From Bdellovibrionota bacterium (GTDB lineage Bacteria > Bdellovibrionota_C > UBA2361): 36,709 bases of DNA. The notes beneath the pieces are model-generated. The model saw only the letters and a list, made by a program, of their open reading frames with translations. It was not told the DNA's origin and made no database searches. The stretch covers positions 1 to 36,709 of the forward strand of contig JBILDU010000018.1 in assembly GCA_044352465.1 (NCBI GenBank). The letters are read 5' to 3'. The stretch's first letter is position 1; each line of letters begins with the position of its first letter. Position numbers and translations under genes: made by a program. Positions 36,588-36,709 of this stretch are shown one piece after another.

Positions 36588-36628
36588 AGTATACCTGTCT
36601 AAAAAAGGGGGGAATTGACAAAGGGAGG

Positions 36629-36709
36629 TGCCCTGCCCCCCTGAAATAGCTACGGGATGATGAATAGTCCTCTTTAACAGGAGGACGAGATGAGAAAGCG
36701 ATTTACGGA
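36629..36709 (+). mobile_element. Left end of a second IS3-family element (IS407-group-like), truncated by the window edge
   Basis: TG-initiated, C-rich end TGCCCTGCCCCCCTGAAATAG. An AGGAGG RBS sits inside a GTCCTC/GAGGAC hairpin, and ATG 36690 encodes MRKRFT, the typical OrfA start of this group. Confidence 0.7.

Larger units (their letters stand above)
35336..36620 (+). mobile_element. IS3-family insertion sequence, 1285 bp, TG...CA ends
   Basis: IRL TGATCTTCCCCCCGTATCTTAGACAccggTACTTCAA versus reverse-complemented IRR TGTCAATTCCCCCCTTTTTTAGACAggtaTACTTCAA. It encloses orfA (HTH) and orfB (DDE). No target duplication is visible. Confidence 0.9.

Noticed and set aside
1..36709. tRNA, rRNA, tmRNA, RNase P RNA, SRP RNA
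   Set aside because: No cloverleaf/T-loop pattern or hallmark conserved segments were recognised in any intergenic region by eye. A covariance-model scan was not possible.

Overview
A bacterial chromosomal window of moderately high GC. The gene order rpmF-plsX-fabG-acpP...glyA-nrdR-ribE-ribBA-ribH-nusB suggests a deltaproteobacteria-like lineage (Bdellovibrionota/Myxococcota/Desulfobacterota); this is an inference. From left to right it holds: the 3' part of a BamA/TamA-family gene; an unusually long RAYT-type HUH (Y1) transposase bracketed by GTAG-footed REP-like repeats (six head-to-tail copies upstream, one inverted copy downstream); three probable surface-glycosylation genes (degenerate GT2-TPR, GT-C-like, membrane protein with a discoidin domain); an eroded housekeeping superoperon lacking fabH, fabD, fabF, rpiB and ribD, with long hairpin-rich spacers; an alternative complex III operon (actABCDEF); acetoacetate-CoA ligase; a 1039-aa protein with about ten 30-aa repeats; nadB; mscL; a relocated, Bacteroidota-like ribD; an orphan with an ADP-ribosyltransferase-like C-terminus; a full-length IS3-family element with a frameshifted orfA; and the left end of a second IS3-family element. 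The best novelty candidates are the RAYT with a direct-repeat REP array, the 30-aa-repeat protein, a ~680-nt structured non-coding region divergent from glyA, the ART-like orphan, and an ActB that keeps the FS0 [4Fe-4S] motif. No rRNA, tRNA or CRISPR array was recognised. All family assignments come from motif recognition by eye; no searches or folding programs were run.
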